Position numbers and translations under genes: made by a program
Part shown: positions 19,688 through 28,812 of the stretch, one piece after another
Layout: each line of letters starts with the position of its first letter
Position numbering within the stretch: the stretch's first letter is position 1
The notes under the pieces: model-generated
Seen by the model: the letters and a program-made list of their open reading frames with translations, nothing else
What the model was told of the DNA's origin: nothing
The model's database searches: none
IMG/VR virus record: IMGVR_UViG_3300013121_000017
Coordinates: 64,001 to 128,000 of that record
Length of the DNA: 64,000 nt
Source: a virus
Taxonomy: Duplodnaviria > Caudoviricetes
Strand: one strand, 5' to 3'

Positions 19688-19966
19688 ATGCACAGCTTCA
19701 TTGAATGGGCCGCTGAAAACAAGCTTGAGCTTCCCGCCGTGAGTGAGGGTGCAACTCGTCGTGCCGGCATCGCTCACTGGGCTTATCCAGACGGCTACAT
19801 CCGTTCGCACTACCCGGATGGTTACTTCATGCCGACCGCTGCCGACGCCCTCTTCAAGATGGCCATTGGCAAACACAAGGTCAGCCACATGACCCCGCCC
19901 GATCAGGCCATTGGCCCGGACGGCAGTGTTCGTGGCGAGAAGGGCCGTTCCTACGACACCGAATAA
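19688..19966 (+). CDS. small putative internal head protein, paralog 2
   Basis: AAGGAG RBS; MHSFIEWAAENKLELPAVSE. Confidence 0.75.
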   Translation: MHSFIEWAAENKLELPAVSEGATRRAGIAHWAYPDGYIRSHYPDGYFMPTAADALFKMAIGKHKVSHMTPPDQAIGPDGSVRGEKGRSYDTE

Positions 19967-19983
19967 GGTTTCGCGAAACAAGA

Positions 19984-20007
19984 AAGCCCGGCAGAAATGC
20001 CGGGCTT
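19984..20007. terminator. bidirectional intrinsic terminator-like hairpin
   Basis: aagcccggca-gaaa-tgccgggctt between convergent genes. Confidence 0.8.
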
Positions 20008-20014
20008 GTTCGTT

Positions 20015-20341
20015 TTACGACTTCGCGCCAGCCTTCTTGAGCCTGTCTTCGTGGTCGGCATCTGAGATGGACCCCTTGTCCTTGGGAACCATGTCGGGAA
20101 CACGTTCCCAGTAGCCCCATTGTTCTTCGTTGGCCGGGTTCTGAAAGACCATGCCGAGCTTCCAGTATTTGTACAGGATTTCCTCGACACGCTCTTTCGT
20201 CAGGTTGGACTCCTTCGACAGGGCGGAAACGCTTCGCCACTGCCATTTCGGGTGTCTGGCCAGGGCGATAAACACCGCCTGTTCCTCGTCGCCCGCCTTT
20301 GTGCCTTGGGGGTACACATCCGTCCATTGCTTCAGAGACAT
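20015..20341 (-). CDS. putative winged-HTH protein
   Basis: GAGGTG RBS; RSVSALSKESNLTKERVEEIL. Confidence 0.55.
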   Translation of the reverse strand: MSLKQWTDVYPQGTKAGDEEQAVFIALARHPKWQWRSVSALSKESNLTKERVEEILYKYWKLGMVFQNPANEEQWGYWERVPDMVPKDKGSISDADHEDRLKKAGAKS

Positions 20342-20466
20342 ATCGGTCACCTCTCGTTTGTTCGGGTGTTTTTTCACGTCGGGTAATAGATACCCACGGG
20401 GATTACCGCGTCGCGCGGACTCTCTTGATATAGTAGCACGGCGCGAAGGCGTCTTCACAAGCAAGA

Positions 20467-21114
20467 ATGGTGAAAAGGATGAGACACAGCAAGTTCAACC
20501 GATACGAACGCAAGCAGATCCAGCAGGAGAAGATTGCACAGTCCCTGGCGGGCTATGGACTCTTCGTCTACAAGAACCCCAGTCGCACCGGAACGTTGAC
20601 GTTGCCGAAGCCCACCTCCAGCGGACGCAGGACCGTTGGCCCCGGCGAGGAGTTCCAGGGAGACAGCTACTTCATGAATCTGGTTCACACCCAGGACTTG
20701 ATCAAGGTTCGCACGCTCATTTCCGTCGAACAAGATAAGGCCGACAAGGCAAAAGCAGCGGCGGCAGAAGCGGCGGCGACACTCGCACTAGAAGAGGCGA
20801 AGAACAAGCCTGTCAATCTGACGGTGGCCCTGAATCTGAATGTTGCGGAAAAAACGGTGGCCGAGGAGAGTGTATTATCTGAGGCCGTCGAAGATCGAAC
20901 CTCCAAGAACCGGCATCCCCGAAAGGAAAACATGACCCCGAAGCAGAAGAAGCTGGTCCTCGACCAGCCAGACAAGATCACGACCGAAGGTAAGGTCGAG
21001 CAAGTCGTCAAGGAAGACGGAACCCGTCAACTGAACGACCACGACGGCTCCAAGCAGCCGAAGCCCGACGTTTTGCTGAACGAACACCCGGTCGGCGAAA
21101 TCATCATCGAGTAA
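20467..21114 (+). CDS. hypothetical protein
   Basis: 215-aa ORF; TAGATA at 20387. Confidence 0.65.
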   Translation: MVKRMRHSKFNRYERKQIQQEKIAQSLAGYGLFVYKNPSRTGTLTLPKPTSSGRRTVGPGEEFQGDSYFMNLVHTQDLIKVRTLISVEQDKADKAKAAAAEAAATLALEEAKNKPVNLTVALNLNVAEKTVAEESVLSEAVEDRTSKNRHPRKENMTPKQKKLVLDQPDKITTEGKVEQVVKEDGTRQLNDHDGSKQPKPDVLLNEHPVGEIIIE

Positions 21115-21120
21115 GATCAC

Positions 21121-21149
21121 TTTACAACTCCCCACGTCTGTCCTATATT
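21121..21149 (+). promoter_or_regulatory. sigma70-type promoter
   Basis: TTTACA-17 nt-TATATT upstream of the RNA ligase operon. Confidence 0.65.
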
Positions 21150-21262
21150 GGCGTGGGGATTTTTCGTTCCGCAACGAAGGATCAGCCCGGCCCGGTGGCC
21201 CATACAGGGTCGCGTAGACTCTGCCGCAGGGGCCGGGCATTCCTATCGACGGAGACACTGTC

Positions 21263-21604
21263 GTGATTGCCACATCTGATCCTGCCGTTCAGGCAGAAGT
21301 GCTTCTTTCGCGGGAAGCTTTCCGCAAGAAGCAGCCGGAAAAGAAACCCATGATGCCCACGGAGTTCAACTCCTGCATCAAAGAGGCCGAGGCCGCTATC
21401 ATCGCTTTCGACACCGACGCATTCGACATGCGTCAACGGATGGAACCATTGATCGACAACCCGCATCTGAACCAAGGACAGCGGGAGCGTGTCAAGGTCA
21501 TGGGGGCCAAGCTCCTGAAGATTCTGATCGAGCATGGGTTGCTGGACGCCTGGGGCATTGCCGTCCATCAGCCTGATTCCAACGGGGACGATACCCAGGT
21601 ATAG
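21263..21604 (+). CDS. hypothetical protein
   Basis: GGAG RBS, GTG start. Confidence 0.55.
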   Translation: MIATSDPAVQAEVLLSREAFRKKQPEKKPMMPTEFNSCIKEAEAAIIAFDTDAFDMRQRMEPLIDNPHLNQGQRERVKVMGAKLLKILIEHGLLDAWGIAVHQPDSNGDDTQV

Positions 21605-21640
21605 TCCACTCCACCACACCGGAACCAAGAGGGTTTCTCC

Positions 21641-22867
21641 ATGAGCAGTCTGATTATCGAGATCTGTCGTGTTGACAAGGTCGAAGCCCACCCGCAGGCC
21701 GACAAAATGGCCATCGCGACCATCAAGGGCTGGAAAACCTGCATCAAGAAAAACGAAGATGGCAGCACGCAGTTCGCCGAAGGTGACCTGTGCATCTTCT
21801 TCCCGCCGGACGCCGTCCTGACGAAGGAACTGAGCGATAAGATCGGCGTCACCAACTACCTGAAGACCCTGGCGAAGAAGGCGGACGGTTCTCGCCCCGA
21901 GGGCGGTCGTGTCGCGGTGTCGCGGCTGCGTGGGCAGCCGAGCTATGGGTTCATCACCGACCTCGACATCCTGAATGGCTACTACACCGGCCACGGCGAA
22001 CAGCCGACGTGGAAGGCGGGCGACGATGTCGCCGGGCTTCTGGGAGTTACGAAGTGGGAGCCGCCAGTCACCTGCACGGATGGTGACGCGGAGCGTCCAC
22101 ACCCGGCCTTCCACCGCTACTTCGATCTGGAGAATTACCGCAATTTCCCCGACTTGATTCCAGACGGGGAACCCGTAGTCTTCACTGAGAAACTCCACGG
22201 CAAGAACTGCCGCCTGGGCTACATCCGTGATGCCGGCGACGACGGCGAAGCAGTTTGGACGTGGATGGCAGGCAGCCACGACGTTCGTCGCAAGGAGTTC
22301 GTCACCCGCAAGCGGAAGTCCTTCGACAAGGACACGAAGGAACTCAAGGTCGAAGAATATCAGGACAAGAGCCAGTTCTGGCAGGCTCTCGACAAGCCGG
22401 GCGTCCGCGCCATGATGCAGGCGATCAGCATCGGCGATGGACTGCAAACCGTTGTCGGAAACGACAACGTCGTGGTCTTCGGCGAGATCTTCGGCAGCGG
22501 CGTGCAGGACATGACCTACGGTATGGAAGGGGGCCAGTGGGACTTCCGCGTCTTCGACATCACCGTCAACGGCAAGTACATGAATGCCGCTGACAAGTAC
22601 GAATGGTGCGCGAAGTTCGGCGTGCAGACCGTGCCTGTTCTCTACGACGGCCCCTTCAGCAAGGCGAAGGTCGAAGAGTTCGTCACTGGCCCGACAACCG
22701 TGTGTGCGGCGGAAGCCGCCGGCACGTTCAAAGGGCGTGAAGGCATCGTCATCACCGCAAAGACGGAAAAGTCCGTCACCACGGAAAAGAAGGTCTTCGA
22801 CCGAATGGCTCTCAAGGCCATCAACTTCGACTACCTCGAACGAAAGGGAGGTACTGAGTACCACTGA
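21641..22867 (+). CDS. RNA ligase, Rnl2/DRB0094 family
   Basis: HPQADKM N-domain, RLRGQPSYG, TEKLHG (motif I), FGEIFG, FDI, EGIVI, KAI. Confidence 0.92.
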   Translation: MSSLIIEICRVDKVEAHPQADKMAIATIKGWKTCIKKNEDGSTQFAEGDLCIFFPPDAVLTKELSDKIGVTNYLKTLAKKADGSRPEGGRVAVSRLRGQPSYGFITDLDILNGYYTGHGEQPTWKAGDDVAGLLGVTKWEPPVTCTDGDAERPHPAFHRYFDLENYRNFPDLIPDGEPVVFTEKLHGKNCRLGYIRDAGDDGEAVWTWMAGSHDVRRKEFVTRKRKSFDKDTKELKVEEYQDKSQFWQALDKPGVRAMMQAISIGDGLQTVVGNDNVVVFGEIFGSGVQDMTYGMEGGQWDFRVFDITVNGKYMNAADKYEWCAKFGVQTVPVLYDGPFSKAKVEEFVTGPTTVCAAEAAGTFKGREGIVITAKTEKSVTTEKKVFDRMALKAINFDYLERKGGTEYH

Positions 22868-22957
22868 TCCACGGCTGGACCCAAGCCATAACCCGCGACA
22901 AGGCAGGGGATGCTCTGTCGCGGGTTTTTCACCCTAATCCCACCAAGGAGTCCAGCC

Positions 22958-24061
22958 ATGTCAGATAAACCTGCAATCCAGATGTGCGAAGAATGTCCGC
23001 TATCCGACCACCCGACCCGTCGCAGCGAACTTCTTGCACTTGTGGCGCACGAACTTCGCAACCCTCTCTCGGCCATCGCCATGTCGGTGCAAGTCATCAA
23101 ACGCACCGCCATCACTCCGGGTGTGCAGCAGGCGGTAGCAAGCATTGACCGTCAGGTTGCCGTCATGCGGCGACTGGTCGATGACCTAACCGATGTTTCG
23201 CGTCTCATCACCAACAAGATCACACTGCAAATCCAGAAGGTGGAGATCCGCTCTGCCTGCGAGCAGGCCATCACCAGCGTGCAGTCGCTAATTGATGCCA
23301 AGCACCACACGCTGACGGTCGAGTGCGAACAGGGCGAAATTGACGCCGACCCGGTGCGGCTTCAACAGATGATCGGCAACCTCCTCAGCAACTCGGCGAA
23401 GTTCACCCCGAGCGGGGGCAACATTGCTCTTCGCGTCAAGATCGAAAATGACAACGTCATCATCACTGTCGAGGATGACGGCAAGGGGTTGACCGAGAAA
23501 GACATCCAGAACATGTTCTTGATGTTCTACCAAGGGGAACAACACAGCGGCACTGGCCTGGGTATCGGATTGACCCTGACGCACAGGCTGGCGACCATGC
23601 ACGGCGGAACCATCACGGCTTCCAGCCCCGGCAAAGACAAGGGGTCAACCTTCACGGTTACAATCCCGTCCTGTCCTGCCGAAGCCATCAAAGGTAGCCT
23701 TCGCGTCCTGATCATTGACGACAACTGTGATCACGCCAACGCCCTCAGCGTCCTGCTCGAAATGGAGAACTACCACGTTCGAGTGGCCTATGACGGTCCC
23801 GCCGGCCTGGACGAGGTCGCAAAATTCGGCCCTGACGTAATCTTCTTGGACATCGGCATGCCCGTCATGGACGGGTATGAAGTCATCTCACGCATCCACA
23901 AGAAGGACGGCAAGCCGTACATTGTGGCCGTCACGGGCTTCAACCAGCCCGGTGACAAAATGCGTATCAAGGTCGCCGGCTTTGACGAACACATCGTCAA
24001 GCCGCCAGAAGACAAGCAAATCTTCGCGATCCTTGAACAGATCGCGAAAGAGAAGAAGTGA
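22958..24061 (+). CDS. hybrid histidine kinase/response regulator lacking a sensor domain
   Basis: AHELRNPL H-box, NLLSNSAKFT, DDGKG, GLGIGL; receiver IIDD, LDIGMPVMDG, KP. Confidence 0.92.
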   Translation: MSDKPAIQMCEECPLSDHPTRRSELLALVAHELRNPLSAIAMSVQVIKRTAITPGVQQAVASIDRQVAVMRRLVDDLTDVSRLITNKITLQIQKVEIRSACEQAITSVQSLIDAKHHTLTVECEQGEIDADPVRLQQMIGNLLSNSAKFTPSGGNIALRVKIENDNVIITVEDDGKGLTEKDIQNMFLMFYQGEQHSGTGLGIGLTLTHRLATMHGGTITASSPGKDKGSTFTVTIPSCPAEAIKGSLRVLIIDDNCDHANALSVLLEMENYHVRVAYDGPAGLDEVAKFGPDVIFLDIGMPVMDGYEVISRIHKKDGKPYIVAVTGFNQPGDKMRIKVAGFDEHIVKPPEDKQIFAILEQIAKEKK

Positions 24062-24474
24062 TGGCCAAGCCCTACGCCATTCACTGCCCGAAATGCGGCA
24101 GTGAAATGTTTGAACACAGCTTGTCCTACTTGGACGAGGGGACATTGGCCGAGGGTACTGACGAATGCCCAAACTGCGGTTTGATGCGTGAGTACCTCTA
24201 CGGCCACTGGCGTGAAACGGAGCGAGAGGAAGCGGACCCTATGGCAACCAATCTTGTGGGGATGTACGACCACCTAAACAAAGGCGATCACTGGCAGTTA
24301 AACCTCAGCATCACCACGGTGGCCGAACTGGTACGCAAGATGAACTTCGGGGAACACCGTTTTCTCTCGGAACTGATTCGGCAAAGGAAGGCCGACCCGC
24401 TTTACAAAGGTGACAGCGAGTTCAAATTGAATACGGACAAACTGGAGCAGTTGATCAACGAGGGCTACTACTAG
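24058..24474 (+). CDS. hypothetical protein with N-terminal Zn ribbon
   Basis: CPKC...CPNC. Confidence 0.6.
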   Translation: MMAKPYAIHCPKCGSEMFEHSLSYLDEGTLAEGTDECPNCGLMREYLYGHWRETEREEADPMATNLVGMYDHLNKGDHWQLNLSITTVAELVRKMNFGEHRFLSELIRQRKADPLYKGDSEFKLNTDKLEQLINEGYY

Positions 24475-24716
24475 GCCGGCGGCAAGTAGCGGTCTGTGAT
24501 GTCACGGGCGGGCGGATTTTTGATGAAACCGTTCGACCCTGGCGGGCCGTCTTTGCCGTACTTGATTCCCAGGTAGGTGATGTAGTCGGCTGCCTTGGGT
24601 GTTCCATACAGGGGCGGATGCTGGCCCATCAGATCGGCAATGTCCGGGTAGAGGCCCAGCTTCGCGCCTGTGCGTTTGGAGTCTTCATCGAGTCTCAGCC
24701 ATTCCTTAAACTTCAT
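24471..24716 (-). CDS. small putative internal head protein, paralog 3
   Basis: MKFKEWLRLDE; EDSKR..YPD..GQHPPLY..P.AAD matches 19444/19688; TACATA 5 nt upstream. Confidence 0.7.
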   Translation of the reverse strand: MKFKEWLRLDEDSKRTGAKLGLYPDIADLMGQHPPLYGTPKAADYITYLGIKYGKDGPPGSNGFIKNPPARDITDRYLPPA

Positions 24717-24739
24717 GCAGGTATGTAGAGGAAAAGTCA

Positions 24740-25096
24740 ATGATTCACGCAACGCAAGTCAAGTACGACGGCGGATTGCCTAAACTGGTAGAAGACATCG
24801 GCAACCTGCGGTACGACGCCTTGCAAGAGTTCCTGACCGAACTCAGCCTCAAATTGAGGCTAGACGGAAACAAAGACCGAACCAGGGGCCGTCCGATACT
24901 GTCTGGACATCTGGACAAGGCGGCGGACAAACTACTCGAATCAGCGGCTGCAATCGGCGTTGCCTGGATGCTGTGCCAGCCGCACATGGAGAACGAAGAT
25001 GGAAGTGGACGCACTCGGCGACCGGATGAAGATGTACGAACGGATGGGAACCCCAGAGCGGTTCATGCCGTTGCTGCCGGTCATGGCGCGGATTGA
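24740..25096 (+). CDS. hypothetical protein
   Basis: GAGG RBS; LRYDAL...DRTRGRP. Confidence 0.55.
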   Translation: MIHATQVKYDGGLPKLVEDIGNLRYDALQEFLTELSLKLRLDGNKDRTRGRPILSGHLDKAADKLLESAAAIGVAWMLCQPHMENEDGSGRTRRPDEDVRTDGNPRAVHAVAAGHGAD

Positions 25097-25814
25097 CGGT
25101 CGGGCCTTCCACAGCTTCGTGGAGGGGCTGGAACGGCCATACGACAAGCGGCTCTCCCGCATGATGATCGACACGACCGCGTTTCTCGTCAAGGAGACGA
25201 ACGCCTGCATCGGCTACTGCCAGAGCGACGAGATCAGCCTCTGCTGGCAGTCCACCGATCCGAACGTTCAGATTTTCTTCGACGGACGTGTGGCCAAGAT
25301 CATCAGTCAGTTGGCCGCAATGGCAACACTGCACTTTTACCGGCGGTGTGTGATCGAACTGCCGCCCGAGTACGCGGAGAAGCTGCCGACGTTCGACTGC
25401 CGTGCCTGGAACGTGCCGTGCCGGTACGAGGCCAGCAACACCTTCCTGTGGCGTGAGATCGACGCCACGAAGAACAGCATCAGCATGGCGGCGCGGGCGT
25501 ACTACGACCACAAGGACTTGGAGAACAAGAACGGGAAGGAAATGCAGGACATGCTCTTCGCCAAGGGCGTGAACTGGAACGACTACCCACGGTTCTTCAA
25601 GCGGGGAACCTACGTCCAGCGTCGGGTCATGCTCAAAAAGTTCATGCCAATGGAACTGAGCAAACTGCCGCCGCTGCACCACGCTCGGCGGAACCCCGAT
25701 CTGGAGTTCGAGCGGTCAGAGTATGTCGAACTTGACATGCCGCCGTTCGGCAGGGTCACAAACCGTGACGAAGTGATCTTCGAGGCGGCGGAACCCAAGG
25801 TGGCCGTTGGCTGA
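24999..25814 (+). CDS. thg1: tRNA-His guanylyltransferase Thg1 / Thg1-like protein
   Basis: DRMKMYE, RIDGRAFH, YCQSDEISL, FDGRVAKI, FDCR, NSISM. Confidence 0.93.
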   Translation: MEVDALGDRMKMYERMGTPERFMPLLPVMARIDGRAFHSFVEGLERPYDKRLSRMMIDTTAFLVKETNACIGYCQSDEISLCWQSTDPNVQIFFDGRVAKIISQLAAMATLHFYRRCVIELPPEYAEKLPTFDCRAWNVPCRYEASNTFLWREIDATKNSISMAARAYYDHKDLENKNGKEMQDMLFAKGVNWNDYPRFFKRGTYVQRRVMLKKFMPMELSKLPPLHHARRNPDLEFERSEYVELDMPPFGRVTNRDEVIFEAAEPKVAVG

Positions 25815-25832
25815 AGGATCTGAGAACGTGAA

Positions 25833-25857
25833 GGGGCTGGCAAGTTTTGCCAGCCCC
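25833..25857 (+). terminator. hairpin after thg1
   Basis: ggggctggcaa-gtt-ttgccagcccc. Confidence 0.6.
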
Positions 25858-25919
25858 GTTCTCATTTACGGGCGTGGACCACGCTACAATTCAGATGGTC
25901 CCATTCCCGTAGGAGGTTC

Positions 25920-26708
25920 ATGAAGGGCATTATTCTCGCAGGTGGTCTTGGCACACGTCTCTACCCACTTACAAAAGTCACCAACAAGTGTCTGCTTCCG
26001 GTCTACGACCGACCCATGATTCACTGGCCTATCCAGACCCTGGTCAACAGCGGCATCACGGACATTCTGCTCGTTTGCGGCGGCAATGCAGCCGGTGAGT
26101 TTCTTCGCATTCTCGGCAACGGCGAAGAGTTCGGTCTGAAACATCTCCACTACACCTACCAAAAAGAGGCGTCTGGCATCGCCCACGCCCTCGGTCTGGC
26201 CGAAGAGTTTGCGGCTGGTGGGCCGATCTGCGTCGTTCTAGCCGACAACGTCCTTGAAGACAATCTGTCGAAAGACGTGGAAGAGTTTCGTCAAAACCCC
26301 GAAGGAGCCAGGATCTTCCTGACCCGTGTCGCTCACCCGGAGTGGTATGGCGTCGTTGACATGGCCGATGACGGCAACGTCTTGGAGATTGTCGAGAAGC
26401 CGAAGCAACCGAAAACGAACTTGATCGCGGTGGGCGTTTACATGTACGATAGCTCGGTATGGCCGCACATTGCCGGCCTGAAGCCCAGCAAGCGAAACGA
26501 ACTGGAGATCACCGACCTCAACAACGAATACCTGAAGCGTGGCAAGCTGAAGGCCAGTGTGTTGAAGGGCCAGTGGATGGATTGTGGCGAAAGCCTTGAA
26601 GGCTACCATCAGGCCCAGGTCGCCGTCGCCGAGATGGAGAAACGACGCCGTGCTAACACAAGCTGCTGCTCTGGATCTCATCAATGCAAAGGTCCAGGCG
26701 TGTACTAA
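25920..26708 (+). CDS. rmlA: glucose-1-phosphate thymidylyltransferase (RmlA-like)
   Basis: GIILAGGLGTRLYPLT..NK.LLPVYD, EKP, RNELEITD, WMDCG. Confidence 0.88.
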   Translation: MKGIILAGGLGTRLYPLTKVTNKCLLPVYDRPMIHWPIQTLVNSGITDILLVCGGNAAGEFLRILGNGEEFGLKHLHYTYQKEASGIAHALGLAEEFAAGGPICVVLADNVLEDNLSKDVEEFRQNPEGARIFLTRVAHPEWYGVVDMADDGNVLEIVEKPKQPKTNLIAVGVYMYDSSVWPHIAGLKPSKRNELEITDLNNEYLKRGKLKASVLKGQWMDCGESLEGYHQAQVAVAEMEKRRRANTSCCSGSHQCKGPGVY

Positions 26709-27249
26709 ATGCCCCGACCTGTGCGAGGGGCGGAAGAACACTGTCTTCGGTGAAGGCAACCCCAACGCCGATGTTGTGTTTATCGGCGAAGGACCGGGCA
26801 AAGACGAGGATGATACTGGCCGACCGTTCGTGGGAGCAGCCGGCCAGTTCCTCGACAAGATCATCAAGGCGTGCGGCTGGAAGCGTGAAGATGTCTATAT
26901 CATGAACATCGTCCGCTGCCGGCCTCCCATGAACCGCGTACCTACAGACGAAGAAGCCGCCAACTGTTCTCAGTTCCTCAAGCTCCAACTCAAAGTCGTT
27001 CAGCCGAAGATCATCGTCTGTCTCGGCGCGACCGCCTGCAAACACATCCTGGGTTTCGATGCCCGCATGGGCAGCTACCGTGGTGAATGGTACGAGTACA
27101 AGGATGGCCCGGTCGATGCGAAGGTGCGATGCACCTACCACCCAAGTTACGTCCTACACATCCCGCCAGAAGACAAAGATAAGAAGAAGGAAGCAAAAGA
27201 CGCGATCTGGGCAGACATGCTACACGTCATAGAGGCGATGAAAGCCTAA
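26650..27249 (+). CDS. uracil-DNA glycosylase family 4
   Basis: CTKC..LC, VFGEG, GEGPG, PFVGAAG, CRPP.NR, YHPSY. Confidence 0.92.
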   Translation: MLTQAAALDLINAKVQACTKCPDLCEGRKNTVFGEGNPNADVVFIGEGPGKDEDDTGRPFVGAAGQFLDKIIKACGWKREDVYIMNIVRCRPPMNRVPTDEEAANCSQFLKLQLKVVQPKIIVCLGATACKHILGFDARMGSYRGEWYEYKDGPVDAKVRCTYHPSYVLHIPPEDKDKKKEAKDAIWADMLHVIEAMKA

Positions 27250-27252
27250 GCC

Positions 27253-27774
27253 TTACAGCAACCCCTTCGGGTTGAATCGCTTGTTGCCGAAGAAATGACC
27301 ATCCCACTGCCAGTAGCCAACGATGTACTGATTCGGCACGCCAAAGGTTTTGATAACGCCGCTACCGAACAGGTCAATTAAGTGATCGTCCAGATCCCTT
27401 GTGCCTCGACCCTTGAAGGACGATGTCGGGATCGCCATGATCAACACGGCATTCGATCCTTTGTGAATCACGCCGCCCGTCGATCTATAGCCGACCTCAT
27501 CACCGCTGTGCAGAGCGAACATCTTCTCGACGGTAGCGGCAATACCGTCGCTCTTGACAAAGAGTGCTGTGCCGTCCACCCCCTGGTGGCCGAAGTCTTC
27601 GCCCTTGGTAATTTTCAGAGCTTGGTCGTCCGAAGTCTGGTGAGCAAGCAAGCGGTAGCCAGCTTGCTCAATCTTGGCAAGATACTGCTGCACCGTAGAC
27701 ATCAGCGATTTGTCGAGGGCGGTGTCCTCTGTGGTCAATAGCCATGTCTTGAAACTCGCCTCTGTTTTAGCCAT
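27253..27774 (-). CDS. hypothetical protein with CTS-like leader, possible ADP-ribosyltransferase fold
   Basis: SFKTWLLTTE; LAHQT...ALKI...F; VPNQYIVG. Confidence 0.5.
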   Translation of the reverse strand: MAKTEASFKTWLLTTEDTALDKSLMSTVQQYLAKIEQAGYRLLAHQTSDDQALKITKGEDFGHQGVDGTALFVKSDGIAATVEKMFALHSGDEVGYRSTGGVIHKGSNAVLIMAIPTSSFKGRGTRDLDDHLIDLFGSGVIKTFGVPNQYIVGYWQWDGHFFGNKRFNPKGLL

Positions 27775-28234
27775 CAGCATCTTTGTCTCCGAAGTGATTG
27801 ACGATAGCACGGGCGACCGCAGGCCAGATACGCTTCAACCCAGGATGCAGATCAGTCATACGCATTCTGGATAACGGCAACCACTGGTAGTCGCTGCTCT
27901 CGTCGCTGATATTGACGTTGTACGGCTTATCAATCCGCATCAAGTATGTCTTGAAGTGGTGATGATGATCCTGATCGGAAAACTCTGCAATCCGAGTCAT
28001 GTCGGGCAGTTCGCCGCTTTCTTCCCTGGCCTCCCGGCGTGCGCCCGTGATTTCAGCCTCACCATCCTTGAGTTTCCCACCTGGGATGCCCCAGGTGTTG
28101 GGTTCGTCACAAGGCGGCTTCCGTTTCAGCAAGAGGACCACGTCGCCGTCCGTGATGAACAGACCGGCCCCCTTCTTGCCGTACCGCCGCTTACCGCCGG
28201 CTCCGATCCGGTAGAATCCATTCGTCTTTTTCAT
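27767..28234 (-). CDS. Nudix hydrolase
   Basis: PGGKLKDGE...GARREAREESG Nudix box. Confidence 0.9.
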   Translation of the reverse strand: MKKTNGFYRIGAGGKRRYGKKGAGLFITDGDVVLLLKRKPPCDEPNTWGIPGGKLKDGEAEITGARREAREESGELPDMTRIAEFSDQDHHHHFKTYLMRIDKPYNVNISDESSDYQWLPLSRMRMTDLHPGLKRIWPAVARAIVNHFGDKDADG

Positions 28235-28812
28235 TTCGGGCCTCGCTTCAGCGGGACCGGCTTCAACTTCTCACGATGAGCATCCGGTACACTCTTCAGG
28301 TGGTGCATCATGTTGCGAAGTTCGTTGGCGATCTCTGAAGCGGCAGTTCCCTTGATGTTCTCGGACTTCTGAACAGAAACCGTCTTGCGGTCACGGTTGT
28401 AGAAGCCACGGGACATGACGAAAGAGTGGTGCTGCGGGTTGAAGCTCACGATGCCAACCCACTCGCCGTCGTCCCAGTTACGACTGGATACGAGGATGCG
28501 GAGCGGCGTCTCATCGAAAACGAGCTTGACGTGATACCCACTGTTCTTGAGTGCGGCACTGACGTAACCCAGGCAGATTTTGGCGAAAGCTTCCTCGGCG
28601 TCCTTCATTGAGGTACGGTAGTTGACTTCAACGCTGTAGCGAGTGGCCTCAGCCCCTTCGATCAGAAGCTGGTCGGCGTTCTCGCTGAAGATCAGTCTGC
28701 AAAACGCAGCGGCAGCCTTGCCCAGTTCTGGAACTGAGACTTCAACAAAGTGCTTGCCGACGATGTCTTCGATCTTGCCGGCTCTATGTTCTTTCCAAGA
28801 CTTCATTGTCAC
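28231..28812 (-). CDS. hypothetical protein
   Basis: Coupled to the neck gene; MKSWKEH start. Confidence 0.7.
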   Translation of the reverse strand: MTMKSWKEHRAGKIEDIVGKHFVEVSVPELGKAAAAFCRLIFSENADQLLIEGAEATRYSVEVNYRTSMKDAEEAFAKICLGYVSAALKNSGYHVKLVFDETPLRILVSSRNWDDGEWVGIVSFNPQHHSFVMSRGFYNRDRKTVSVQKSENIKGTAASEIANELRNMMHHLKSVPDAHREKLKPVPLKRGPK

